NCBI GenBank assembly: GCA_965215015.1
Contig: OZ244042.1
Span: 2,720,001 to 2,784,000, forward strand
Reading direction: 5' to 3'
From: Candidatus Poribacteria bacterium
GTDB taxonomy: Bacteria > Poribacteria > WGA-4E > PCPOR2b
Length of the DNA: 64,000 nt
Made by a program: the position numbers and the translations under genes. Shown here piece after piece: positions 50,880 to 61,239 of the stretch. The stretch's first letter is position 1. The number at the start of each line of letters is the position of its first letter. The notes under the pieces are model-generated. The model was not told the DNA's origin and did not search any database. It saw nothing but the letters and a program-made list of their open reading frames with translations.

Positions 50880-51436
50880 ATTGCGCTACTACAAACCGCA
50901 GCCCTTGATACACCACAACCGTCGTAATAAGATAACGCAAAATAAATTACGTTGCTATGAACCGCAGCCGTTGAGAGCTCACAAACATCTTAACAAGATA
51001 ACGCAAAATAAATTACGTTGCTACGAACCGCAGCCATTGAGAACTCACAAACATCTTAAGATAACGCCCAATGAATTGCGCTACTACGTATGAACCGCAG
51101 CCGTTGAGAACTCACAACCGTCGCAATAAGATAACGCGCAATGAATTGCGCTACTACGAACCGCAACACCACAAACACCTTAACAAGATAACGCAAAATG
51201 AATCGCGCTACTACGTATGAACCGCAGCCGTTGAGAACTCACAACCGTCGCAATAAGATAACGCACAATGAATAGCGTTGCTACGAACCGCAGCCGTTGA
51301 TACACCACTACCGTCGTAATAAGATAACGCACAATGAATCGCGCTACTACGTATGAACCGCAGCCATTGAGAACTCACAACCGTCGAAAAGATAACGCGC
51401 AATGAATCGCGCTACTACGAACCTCAGCCCCACAAC
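50869..51436. repeat. Tandem array of 9 REP-like units (57-70 bp)
   Basis: Core acgcgcaatgaattgcgctactacgaac at about 50869, 50935, 51001, 51064, 51134, 51191, 51261, 51327 and 51395. Confidence 0.92.
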
Positions 51437-51448
51437 TATCGTAACTCA

Positions 51449-52174
51449 CTACAGACGTTCTATGGGTTGTGAGTGGCCAAAAACAGGTTGTGGTCCATCA
51501 ACCGGTGCAGCCCAACCCGCCGCATTAGCGATAACGCGCAGAACGTCCGGATGGTGGTAGATTGGATAGGTCTCATGTCCAGGACGAAAATAGAAGATTT
51601 TACCCCTGCCACGGAAGTAGCAACAGCCGCTACGGAATACCTCACCACCGGGGAACCAACTGATGAAAATCAGTGTGTCCGGCTCAGGAATATCGAAAGG
51701 CTCACCATACATCTCGGCGTGCTCAATCTCAAAATACTCCCCGATTCCTTCCACAATCGGGTGTCCATGCTCTATGACCCAGAGCCGCTCCTTCTCGCCG
51801 GATTCACGCCATTTGAGGCTGCATGATGTCCCCATCAGCTTGGTGAAAATCTTGGAGTAGTGCGACGAATGTAAACAGATTAAGCCCATGCCATCAAGAA
51901 TACGGACGTGCATTCTATCGACAACTTCGTCCGCAACCTCTCCATGCGCCCCATGTCCCCACCAGATTAGCACATCCGTATCAGCGAGGACCGCTTCTGT
52001 GAGCCCGTGGTCCGGCTCATCCAGTGTTGCGGTGTGCACCTCAAACCCCGGTTGTGCCTTCAGGTAATTTCCAATTGCGTTGTGCATACCATCGGGATAG
52101 ATCCGTGCAATCTGCTCATTGGTCTTCTCGTGGCGATATTCATTCCAAACAGTTACTCGAATTTTTTTGCTCAT
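51449..52174 (-). CDS. thuA: ThuA-like (trehalose utilization) protein
   Basis: [30 protein letters not shown] and RPGHETYP motifs. Confidence 0.9.
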   Translation of the reverse strand: MSKKIRVTVWNEYRHEKTNEQIARIYPDGMHNAIGNYLKAQPGFEVHTATLDEPDHGLTEAVLADTDVLIWWGHGAHGEVADEVVDRMHVRILDGMGLICLHSSHYSKIFTKLMGTSCSLKWRESGEKERLWVIEHGHPIVEGIGEYFEIEHAEMYGEPFDIPEPDTLIFISWFPGGEVFRSGCCYFRGRGKIFYFRPGHETYPIYHHPDVLRVIANAAGWAAPVDGPQPVFGHSQPIERL

Positions 52175-52222
52175 ATAGCCTCCTTAGATAATATAAACCC
52201 TCACAAGGTTTGATACCTTCTC

Positions 52223-53008
52223 TTACGCATCATCTTGAATCGCGCTGATCTCATCCTTAGAGATCTTGTGGACGCTTTTGGGGTTAAATGTCTGTGTTGT
52301 CCCAGATCGCAGTGCAACCTCAATTCTTCCACCCGTCAACACGAAAAACTGAATTAGAAATCCACCGCCCTGCATTGATTCAACTTGATACTGATCCGCC
52401 TCCAATCCATCAACCCATGTCGGAAGTGAATCAGCGAAATCGGGATGATCTATCACCGCCTGCGGCAATGCAATAATCAGTGTTCCGGGTTCGTCCCCTA
52501 TAGCATTCGCAATCACCGTTCGGGTGCTGACCATAAAACGCACAACTGTGCCTGCGTAATCGAAATCACTTTCACTGCTGCGTTCTGGTGGAACAATCCC
52601 CCATGTCAAATGATGGATAAACGGATTGCCGTACCCCTGACTCAGCATGTGATCCAAAGCTTGATTGTCAACAGGATGAACAACTGCAACATAATCGAAC
52701 CAACCGCTGCTTCGTTCTAGACTGTCCTCTGGCAACCTTGCCGAAACGTTGATGTAGTCGCACTCATCTACCGGTGAGGGATAGCAACGGGCATCCCAAC
52801 CGGAGATATAACCGAGTTGTTTTAATGGGCCTGCAACAATATACGGTGGGTCACAAAAGATTGCAGCGTGATCCAGATTAGGATATAATTGAACCCCCGC
52901 CGCGGTGACTTTTTGGGCGACTTCTGATGCCTCTTGAAACCGCTGTGGCGCATTTTCGACAGTGAGGTAATCTCCGAAATCATCAGGTAGAACCACTAAA
53001 TTTCCCAT
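52223..53008 (-). CDS. Hypothetical protein, possibly a VOC-superfamily metalloenzyme
   Basis: GGAGGTG RBS; LDHAAIF, IHHLTW and RIEV motifs give an H/H/E pattern. Confidence 0.75.
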   Translation of the reverse strand: MGNLVVLPDDFGDYLTVENAPQRFQEASEVAQKVTAAGVQLYPNLDHAAIFCDPPYIVAGPLKQLGYISGWDARCYPSPVDECDYINVSARLPEDSLERSSGWFDYVAVVHPVDNQALDHMLSQGYGNPFIHHLTWGIVPPERSSESDFDYAGTVVRFMVSTRTVIANAIGDEPGTLIIALPQAVIDHPDFADSLPTWVDGLEADQYQVESMQGGGFLIQFFVLTGGRIEVALRSGTTQTFNPKSVHKISKDEISAIQDDA

Positions 53009-53103
53009 GATACACCTCCGAGGTAAGTTATTAATTGATAGTTGCAATTTTCAGCATGATACCACAAAACCAGAACCTTTTCAAGGGAATAGAAAATGTG
53101 CTA

Positions 53104-53389
53104 TAGGGGAATTGCAGCTGTTATAGGAATTAGGCCGTTGACCAATGAACCTTGGAGGAACACCCGTCGCAGCGCAAGTTTGCTACGGATTGCTCCCCTA
53201 CTTGCGGCTACACCCCGCAGGCGGGGAGAAGAAACCTGGGGGCGATCACAGGTTGGCAAACCTGGGGCTACGAGTCAATTTCTATTTTATATGCCAAAGT
53301 CATAGTCATACGCCGTTAGAAGTAGGAGATGATTTTTGCAATCGAAGTGCGTAAGTCCTACACAATATTTACATGCGATTGCCCCCCTA
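53104..53389. mobile_element. Nested MITE-like element
   Basis: Outer taggggaattgca / tgcgattgcccccta; inner degenerate family B pair at 53124-53360. Confidence 0.5.
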
Positions 53390-53524
53390 AAATGTGCCTT
53401 CACGATTGTTTTCTCATCGTATTTGTGTTATAGTATAATTTGACCTAGCAAAGTATTTATTTCTAACTAAAGTTGGGACAATTTAGGTGAAAAGAGGTAG
53501 AAAAGGGGTTATTCTTTCATTCTT

Positions 53525-53816
53525 TAGAACTCACTCAGTTGAACCCTCGAAACCTTGTCGGTCAAGATTCATATCAAGACTCATATATCGACACCAAAAC
53601 GTCAATTTTGGAAAATTGACAGACAGAGGGCCTATGTGGGTACATTTGGCAGTTTAGGCAACCCCGATTTCAGCGAGGGAAGGCTCAGTGCCACGATTAC
53701 AGATTTGGTGAACATGCCTCTCAACGCCCGATGAACCGGGGCGACAGTTAACGATTTATTGTCTATCGTGCCGCGAGTTGAATTGTCTGACTACACACTC
53801 AAGTGCCTAACTCCTA
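53525..53816. mobile_element. MITE-like element, family B
   Basis: tagaactcactcagttg...ctcaagtgcctaactccta; attcttt occurs at both junctions. Confidence 0.6.
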
Positions 53817-53883
53817 ATTCTTTTCAGGATTTGACTACACTTTTGCGCGCTAATCACAAATTAGGGGAAGCGAGGAAAACCAC

Positions 53884-54168
53884 ATGGAAGATTTCCTGAG
53901 ATTCAAGAAGATGGTTACGCCTATTATCATCCAAATACTATTTTGGATCGGAGTCGTGACCTGTGTCATTGCAGGCATTGTTGGAATCGTTGTCGGAATC
54001 ACTTCTCGCTCTGGTGGAACCACTGTTCTTAAGGGAATTGGTTGGCTCGTTTTGGGACCGATTGGTGTACGTATCTACTGTGAGATCCTCATCGTCATAT
54101 TCTCGATTAACAACACCCTCACAGATCTCAAGAATTTGCTGAGACATCAGCAAAAACAGGATGGATAA
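53884..54168 (+). CDS. DUF4282 family membrane protein
   Basis: FKKMVTPIIIQILFW...RIYCEILIVIF signature. Confidence 0.85.
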   Translation: MEDFLRFKKMVTPIIIQILFWIGVVTCVIAGIVGIVVGITSRSGGTTVLKGIGWLVLGPIGVRIYCEILIVIFSINNTLTDLKNLLRHQQKQDG

Positions 54169-54241
54169 ATTTGTTTGTAGATAGAAACGCTAGAGTAGCT
54201 GTCGCCATCAATATTATCAATACCTTTCGGAGCCCCTCCCA

Positions 54242-56011
54242 ATGAATGGCAATGAAGGCAAAACCTTAAAAAGCCAGATTGTTATTATGTTTCTTCTAAT
54301 CGGGCTATCTCCGCTGTTTTCCGCCTCGATCCTTGCTTTCTATTCGAGCCAAAAAACGTTGAATCAGGTTGTCGGCACTATAGAACGAGATTTGGCTATT
54401 GAGGCCATGGATAAAATTGACCGCGAAATGGAGAACACACGCCTTTTGGTCAAGAATTGGACCAGTTTTGAAAATCGAAAGGTTTTGGTAAACATGGCAG
54501 CTGAAGGTCAGCAGAAGAGCTACGAGCAATTATTCGAGGAGTGGAGCCGTGACGGATTAACTTCAACACCCGGGGCGAAGTTTCTCGAAAGACTCCGGCA
54601 GACAAATCCGAATCGATTCAAGGAAATCTTTCTGACCGATCTGCGTGGATATGTCGTCGCTGCCACGGGCAAAACAAGTGATTTCGATCAAGGGCCGGAA
54701 GATGATCCGCCATTTGGTGAAACGTGGTGGGCTGCGGCGAGAGAGAAGGGGGAACACATCGGAGAAGTTGACTTTGATGAAAGTGCGGGGGTTTATTCCG
54801 TCGATATCAACATGAGTATCCAGGCGGATGATGAACAAACCGTGGGTATTATAAAGGTGGTCTACAGTGTGGAGAACATCCGCGATCTCATCCAAGGTGC
54901 CAGCCAAGCAGATTGGCGGCATTATGAACTGATTAATCGATACGGTTACATCGTTGCAGCGGCTGAGATAGAGCCAGAACGGATTCTCAAAGACACCTCT
55001 CGCGTTGTACTGCCCGATAACAAGGAGGTTTGGAAGAACCGGGCGAGTAAGAACGGGTTTGCTATCGGGGTTAAGGACGGGGAAAAAATCCTTGTCGGCT
55101 GGTCCCGCGGTGGGGCGTGGACCGTATTAACCTACAGCCCTCTCGACGCAGCCCATGCGCCCTTGCAGCAACAGGCACGGTGGCTCATGGGGGTATCAGC
55201 GGTTGCTACGGTTATCATACTTCTCGTTGCGTTGGCCGTGGGGAATCGTGTGGTCTCTGAAATGCTCGGTAAGGAACTCATGGCCCAAGAGATTCAAACT
55301 GCTCAGAGTATGCAGATGGGGTTGTTACCCGAACCACTTGAGATCAGCGGACTCGATTTGGCAGGACGTTGCCTCGCAGCAAACCGTGTCGGTGGCGATT
55401 ATTACAATTACCTGTGGATGGATGCCGATCAGAGGAAACTCGCAATCGTCATCGCCGATGTTGCTGGACATGATATGTCGGCAGCAATCCCTGCTGTGAT
55501 GTTCTCCGGGATGCTTGAGTTTGCTGTCAAAGAAGGGGCACCGAGCGCGATGCTTTCTGCACTAAATCTTCCGCTCTGTCAGCAACCGAAACGCACCCCT
55601 TTTATTACCTGCTGCGTTGCAATCATTGATTTGACAGAAAAGCAGATGCAGTGGTCAAAGGCGGGTCATCCCGAAATTTATCATTATCAGAGGGGCACAG
55701 ATACTGTCAATGAGCTGGCTGCGGAAAGCTACCCGCTCGGTGTATCCCTGAAGGCGAAGTATACAGATGAAACAGTGACTTTGTCTGAAGGAGATCTCCT
55801 CATTTTTTACACCGATGGACTTCCGGAGGCAATTAACCCCAGCGGGAGAGTTTACAGTTATAACCGACTTGAAAGGAGCATTCACCGCGCCGCGCAAAGG
55901 GACCTTTCATCGATGGAAAGCATTGACCAAATGATAGACGACGTTCGTGGGTTTATTGAAAACAGTGAGCCGGAAGATGATATAACGATTGTTGTAGCTA
56001 AGGTGACGTAA
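54242..56011 (+). CDS. Membrane sensor (Cache-like) PP2C/SpoIIE family phosphatase
   Basis: Two TM helices around a periplasmic domain; VGGDYY, IADVAGH, YTDGL and DDIT motifs. Confidence 0.9.
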   Translation: MNGNEGKTLKSQIVIMFLLIGLSPLFSASILAFYSSQKTLNQVVGTIERDLAIEAMDKIDREMENTRLLVKNWTSFENRKVLVNMAAEGQQKSYEQLFEEWSRDGLTSTPGAKFLERLRQTNPNRFKEIFLTDLRGYVVAATGKTSDFDQGPEDDPPFGETWWAAAREKGEHIGEVDFDESAGVYSVDINMSIQADDEQTVGIIKVVYSVENIRDLIQGASQADWRHYELINRYGYIVAAAEIEPERILKDTSRVVLPDNKEVWKNRASKNGFAIGVKDGEKILVGWSRGGAWTVLTYSPLDAAHAPLQQQARWLMGVSAVATVIILLVALAVGNRVVSEMLGKELMAQEIQTAQSMQMGLLPEPLEISGLDLAGRCLAANRVGGDYYNYLWMDADQRKLAIVIADVAGHDMSAAIPAVMFSGMLEFAVKEGAPSAMLSALNLPLCQQPKRTPFITCCVAIIDLTEKQMQWSKAGHPEIYHYQRGTDTVNELAAESYPLGVSLKAKYTDETVTLSEGDLLIFYTDGLPEAINPSGRVYSYNRLERSIHRAAQRDLSSMESIDQMIDDVRGFIENSEPEDDITIVVAKVT

Positions 56012-56028
56012 TCCCGATAAGGCGCACC

Positions 56029-57348
56029 ATGAGAAATAAGGATACAACAGAACAACTGTCTCTTTTCTCCATAGATGGAGTGGTGAAGGCCTCTAACGAT
56101 GATGAGACCGATAAGCGGATTCAATTGATTTCCTTTCGGGAGTTAGTTCCCGAAATTAAGGATACGGGGTATTTAACGCACGCAATCTTTTACTATCCGG
56201 CTAAATTTATACCCCATGTTGTAAGATACGCGCTGAAGTCGTTTACAAAAGAAGGGGATTGGGTTGTTGATCCGTTCGCAGGTTCAGGAACCGTGGGTGT
56301 TGAATCTTATGTATGCAAGCGAAACGCATTTCTACTAGACCTAAATCCGCTCTTGAATTATATGATTCCGCTCAAGGTACGGACTGAAAAAGAGCAACTG
56401 CGCGAAGATCGTTTGGGTCATATGTTAGATGGTTTAGAAAAAAGTAGGTATCACTTCACCCCAGCGTGGTCAAATATAGCGTACTGGTATCCGCCCGAAA
56501 TGTTGGAAGTGCTAAGCCGGTACTGGGGATTTATCAAAAGCAGGGAATGTAACACATACACCGCAATCATAGAATCGGCTCTGTTGAAAATGAGCAAACA
56601 CTTCTCTTATGCGGAACATCGAACTCCTAAACTATTCAGGTCTAAAGGTAAGCGCGAATATGTCGAAGAGCTGCTGCAGACGGATTGGGAAGAAAAATTA
56701 AAAAGGATGATTAGGGGGCATTCATTAGAGACCTTACGGAATCTGAATGACTTTGCAACACTTACGAGTCATCACAATAGCTGTGTTGAGTTTGAGAGTG
56801 GGGTGGATTCGTCATACTATCTGTTTCAGCGGGAGTTTGATGCCTTAATCACATCGCCACCTTATCTACAAGCCCAAGAATATATGCGGACGGTCAAAAT
56901 GGAGTTATTTTGGTTGGGGTATAACGATGAAGAGATAAGAGGGTTATCCAGACTTGAAATCCCGTATCGGAAGGCGGATAGGGTCATTCAAACCCCAACA
57001 CTAGAGAAAATAAGGGCCGAACTTACGCGGAATGACCTCGTTAAATTATTAGATTCATATTTTTGCCATACCATCAACGCGCTTGAGAATGCAATGAATC
57101 AGTTAAAAGCGGATGCAACCGCCTGCATTTTCATCGGAAACCCTCTGATTGATGGGATAAAGGTTGAAATCTGGCGGATATTGATGGAATACTTTACGGA
57201 CAACGGGTATTTCTTTGAGAATCTGTATGAAGATCGGATAAAGAATAGACAGTTATTTGGCACAAGAAAAAATAAAAATCCAGATGGGATGAAATCTGAG
57301 TTTTTGTTGATTTTGAGAAAAGGGGAATCGGTAACGAGAACCGTGTGA
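56029..57348 (+). CDS. DNA methyltransferase (N4-cytosine/N6-adenine type, SPPY)
   Basis: YPAKF, motif I DPFAGSGT, motif IV TSPPY. Confidence 0.88.
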   Translation: MRNKDTTEQLSLFSIDGVVKASNDDETDKRIQLISFRELVPEIKDTGYLTHAIFYYPAKFIPHVVRYALKSFTKEGDWVVDPFAGSGTVGVESYVCKRNAFLLDLNPLLNYMIPLKVRTEKEQLREDRLGHMLDGLEKSRYHFTPAWSNIAYWYPPEMLEVLSRYWGFIKSRECNTYTAIIESALLKMSKHFSYAEHRTPKLFRSKGKREYVEELLQTDWEEKLKRMIRGHSLETLRNLNDFATLTSHHNSCVEFESGVDSSYYLFQREFDALITSPPYLQAQEYMRTVKMELFWLGYNDEEIRGLSRLEIPYRKADRVIQTPTLEKIRAELTRNDLVKLLDSYFCHTINALENAMNQLKADATACIFIGNPLIDGIKVEIWRILMEYFTDNGYFFENLYEDRIKNRQLFGTRKNKNPDGMKSEFLLILRKGESVTRTV

Positions 57349-57373
57349 GAAAACTGCCTGTTAGAAAGTTGGT

Positions 57374-58126
57374 ATGAGTAACAGTTTACGCGAATCTGAA
57401 GCCAGAGCGGTGCTTAAATCTTTGGAATCATCTTACTGTCCAGAGCCGATAAAACAGGCGCGGGAACGACAAGATGAAATACTGATTCAAAGATTCCGGG
57501 GGCACCCCTACACAATTGCAGATATCGGTTGCGGCACGGGCTACCACGGCTCAATCTTTGCCCCCACGTGTCGGCTCTATCACGGCTTCGAGATATCGAC
57601 TCATATTGCGAAAGTTGCTCAAGAGAGATGGCGTAAGGAAGGGTTAAACAACACCGAGTTATTTCTGGGCGATGCCACCCAAGCCAAACTGTCGGACAAT
57701 TTCTATGACCTCGTTTTCTGTTTATACTTTACCCCTGGCAATTTTCGAGAACCGTCCACAGATTTGAGTGTTTATACGGATGCTTACCTCGATCAGAATC
57801 CAACTTTTATCGCTATATTCTCGAACTTTTATCGTTCACTGAAACCGAGTGGATTGATGTTCTTAACAATCTATAAGGATGTACCGGTGGCAGAGGCAGC
57901 CCAGATTGATTTTTATGAGCATACCGATCAGCATGTAGTTACACCCAGAGGCGGGCGATTCGTGGCGACTGCGGAAAATTTCTGGTCTGCCAGATGGACC
58001 CAAGAGAGCCTCTTATCCAATCTTAAAGCGTGTGGAATTGCCGAGGGGGTTGTTAGGTTTCATGACCTCAATCAAATCGCATGGCTTGTTGAGATCAGGA
58101 AACAATTACAGAAAAATGAAGCGTGA
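57374..58126 (+). CDS. Class I SAM-dependent methyltransferase
   Basis: DIGCGTG, GDA, YDLV and LKPSG motifs. Confidence 0.88.
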   Translation: MSNSLRESEARAVLKSLESSYCPEPIKQARERQDEILIQRFRGHPYTIADIGCGTGYHGSIFAPTCRLYHGFEISTHIAKVAQERWRKEGLNNTELFLGDATQAKLSDNFYDLVFCLYFTPGNFREPSTDLSVYTDAYLDQNPTFIAIFSNFYRSLKPSGLMFLTIYKDVPVAEAAQIDFYEHTDQHVVTPRGGRFVATAENFWSARWTQESLLSNLKACGIAEGVVRFHDLNQIAWLVEIRKQLQKNEA

Positions 58127-58280
58127 AACATAAAACGTGTAAAAGGCAGAAAGTGGAAAAACAGGACAACGTATCCGCCAATCTTCGCCAATCTTTTTTA
58201 GAATAGCATCGATTCGTGGATGTCTTCTTGTTTTCTAGGCCGCTCGTTTTCAGGGCTTTCACACCTAAAGGAGTTTTTTG

Positions 58281-59081
58281 ATGATAGGTCCCAGACTTCC
58301 CTACCGTTATGACCACTATACTTGGCCAGAAATCAGAGAGTTGGTCAAAAAACAACCCGTCATTGTCCTGCCTGTCGGATCTACCGAGGACCATGGTCAT
58401 CACCTTCCCTTGGATGTGGACACCTTCGTGGTCAGCAGCATCTGTGATGCTGCTGCACAGCAGATTCCTGACGAAGTGCTGCTTTTACCGGAACTCGCTT
58501 ACGGCTTTGAGGACCACCACATGGATTTCCCCGGCACCATTACTATCCGTGATGATCATCTGCTCAACTTTGTCGTCGATATCACCAAGAGCGTCGCCCA
58601 CCACGGTTTTCTTAAGATCCTTATCGTTAACGGTCACGGTTCCAATGTTCCGATCTTGGAGCTAGCCGCGCGCCGGACTGTGATTGAGACCGAGGCACAC
58701 TGCGGTATGCTGAACGCGGGAGCGAGTGTTTCAGTCGATGAAATTGCCGAGTCAGATGTGCTGTCCCACGCAGACGAGATTGAAACATCGGTCTACCGCT
58801 ATCTCAATGATGCAGCGGTACAGATGGACAAAGCCACCCACGAAGTGAAGGTTCCAGTTTCCCGCTACTATTGGCGCGGCACGGTACGCGGGGCGGGCAG
58901 CGCGCCCCTGCGCATGATGGATCAGTGGTCGCGTATCTCTGAGACGGGGGTCATCGGCGATGCTACTCTCGGTACGGTGGAAAAAGGTGAACGGTTTTTC
59001 ACCGCTGCCGCCACAGAACTCGCTGCGCTCATCCGTGAATTCCGCACGCTGCCCATCGAGCCACGCGTAGATCACCATTGA
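58281..59081 (+). CDS. Creatininase/amide hydrolase family protein
   Basis: GSTEDHGHHLPLDVD, FPGT, NGHGSN and HADEIET motifs. Confidence 0.92.
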   Translation: MIGPRLPYRYDHYTWPEIRELVKKQPVIVLPVGSTEDHGHHLPLDVDTFVVSSICDAAAQQIPDEVLLLPELAYGFEDHHMDFPGTITIRDDHLLNFVVDITKSVAHHGFLKILIVNGHGSNVPILELAARRTVIETEAHCGMLNAGASVSVDEIAESDVLSHADEIETSVYRYLNDAAVQMDKATHEVKVPVSRYYWRGTVRGAGSAPLRMMDQWSRISETGVIGDATLGTVEKGERFFTAAATELAALIREFRTLPIEPRVDHH

Positions 59082-59253
59082 ACCCGTCGAACCGGATAGG
59101 GGCTGTTGACAGGTGTGTGAATTAGGTTGAATGAGAACTCCCCGCATTAGAATAACGCTTACCAGACCGTCCCATGAAACCCAACACCATTTGTCAACAA
59201 TTCGGTTTCTGTTGCACGATTTCTTAACATGAGCCAACGTAACAAGATTTCTT

Positions 59254-59640
59254 TTGACTCTTTATAATACACCCACAGACACCAAGGATGGCTATGTCAA
59301 ATTTTACATCTTCAATCCGACCCGGTGGAAAGGCTACGCGATGAACAAAGGGACGCAGGAAACCCCAGATCTCCAGTTGAGGGCAGATGATCAATTAGCC
59401 GCCGGTGCTAATAACGGTGTTCGTTCTGACGTGGATAACATCTGGATTTACACTGAAACCATCGAAAGCGCGGTTCGTGGCTTTACTGGGGCAACCGGTT
59501 CGCAACTCTTGGATTTAATCAAGAAGAAAAAAAGTCAGACGATTGGACACGAAATTGGACACGGTATCAACCTGAGCGACCATCATCTGATCTCTACGGG
59601 GAGGTGTATCATGGAATCCACTCCATTTTTGAGGTATATC
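59254..59640 (+). pseudogene. C-terminal remnant of a zinc metallopeptidase-like gene
   Basis: HEIGHGINLSDH...CIM motif; no convincing start; follows a family C repeat end. Confidence 0.45.
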
Positions 59641-60810
59641 ATGACACGCCGACACGGGTTGAATTTAGTTCTTTGTATAGGTTGTGCCCTATTGATTATT
59701 ACCTGTAACCAGGAGCAACCCTCTGATAAAAATACGGATGGGCAGAAACAGGTAGGCGAGGCGGGTGCACCCCTCTCCCTCCCACAAGCGGATGGTCAGG
59801 AGGAGACACCGATACAGGAAGAAGAAGCCAAAGGAACAACAACCCAAGCCCCACACGGAAGCGACGAGCCGCCGGAGGTAGATCCCGTCCTTAAATCCTT
59901 CGGATTTACGTACGTGAAGCGCTTGAGGAGAGACGGGAGTTTTAGTTGGGTCCTCGTCGCGCCGGTAGATCAAGACAAAAATGAGAGGACAAGGGCACTT
60001 AATGCGAGTCTGACGGAGGCAGACTGGGAAGGAGTTGACCGTAATCGGTCCCATCCAAAAGTTGTTGAGATTCTGGTCGAAGGGATGGACGCTTTCACTG
60101 CCGCAAAATATCTTAAGGCACGGAGCGGGTATAGGAAGTATGTCATTGAATATGTGGATAGGGCAATTGCAGAGAATCCTGGCAATTTTGAGATGCTGCT
60201 GTTTCGGGCGCAAAATATTGATTACGAAGACAAGGAAGGCATAGAAGCGGCATATCGTCAACTATATCAGATGAAACCCGATTCAATTGAAGTGTTAGCT
60301 GGATTGGGACAAGTGCTAACATCTCAGGAGAAGCCTGATGAAGCGATTATATATCTCCACAAGGTGGTGACTCAAGATCCATCCCACAGTGAGGCTTACA
60401 TGAATCTCGGCATGAATTACCGTAGTCTGAGGCGGTGGGAGGAAGCGGTGGCTGCCTACGAGAAGGCTGGGAAACTTGACCCTGGGATAAAGTGGATTAC
60501 TGATGCAAGTATTAAAAGAACATATCAAATGAGAAAAGAGACAGAGTTACGAGAACCTGTGGACACAGAGATAGAAGATACCTTTCCTTCCGCGCCTCCT
60601 TCTTTGGAGGGAGCTCACTTCACCCCTGATACGCCGGCTGTTTTAGGGCGTGAAAGTGAGCCTACCGATAAGCCGCTTGACTTTACGCTGCCCGGTAAAA
60701 ATTCAGAGATAAGTGCCGCCGAAGAAGACGATAAAGAGGTTCGACGGGAATCGGAGGCTTTTCAGAATGGACGTGAACGTTCGCGGAAACGTGAATATGA
60801 TGAAGACTGA
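59641..60810 (+). CDS. TPR-containing putative lipoprotein
   Basis: GAGGT RBS, MTRRHGLNLVLCIGCALLIITC lipoprotein-like signal, acidic linker, TPRs. Confidence 0.75.
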   Translation: MTRRHGLNLVLCIGCALLIITCNQEQPSDKNTDGQKQVGEAGAPLSLPQADGQEETPIQEEEAKGTTTQAPHGSDEPPEVDPVLKSFGFTYVKRLRRDGSFSWVLVAPVDQDKNERTRALNASLTEADWEGVDRNRSHPKVVEILVEGMDAFTAAKYLKARSGYRKYVIEYVDRAIAENPGNFEMLLFRAQNIDYEDKEGIEAAYRQLYQMKPDSIEVLAGLGQVLTSQEKPDEAIIYLHKVVTQDPSHSEAYMNLGMNYRSLRRWEEAVAAYEKAGKLDPGIKWITDASIKRTYQMRKETELREPVDTEIEDTFPSAPPSLEGAHFTPDTPAVLGRESEPTDKPLDFTLPGKNSEISAAEEDDKEVRRESEAFQNGRERSRKREYDED

Positions 60811-61239
60811 TCCGCCCATCAGACACCGAATCACATCTTAAGCGCACTTCGGCTTCGGTATGCCCGCAGTTGTTCGATTTCACCTTGCTCGTGCGGCCTC
60901 ACGAAAGTCTCGCTCCCATCAAATCGGAATAGAGGTCAAGCGGTCGCATGGGGCTTCTCGATTGAAGAAATCATAGGGAATACCAACGGGTATTCCCTAC
61001 TTGCAACGGACGGGGTGATCCCGCCCCTACGGTTTCTCTTTGGGCTTTCTTTTTATATGAGCTACTTTTCTAATCTCGATCATATTAAAAAATAATGCAA
61101 AGGAACCGTAGAAACCAACCAACTAATGAACCAATGAACAAATTATCTTCACCTTTCACGTTCTTATCGCTGTGCACCTTCTTTTTTTCACATAAGCCCT
61201 CTACCCAAGCCCATCTATGGAGGACTACAAGGATATAGC

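Noticed and set aside
50815-51093. 92-aa ORF across the repeat array
   Set aside because: A by-product of unit lengths divisible by three; later units break the frame and there is no RBS.
50869-51436. CRISPR array
   Set aside because: The intervening segments are homologous to each other rather than unique spacers, the repeats are degenerate, and no cas genes are present.
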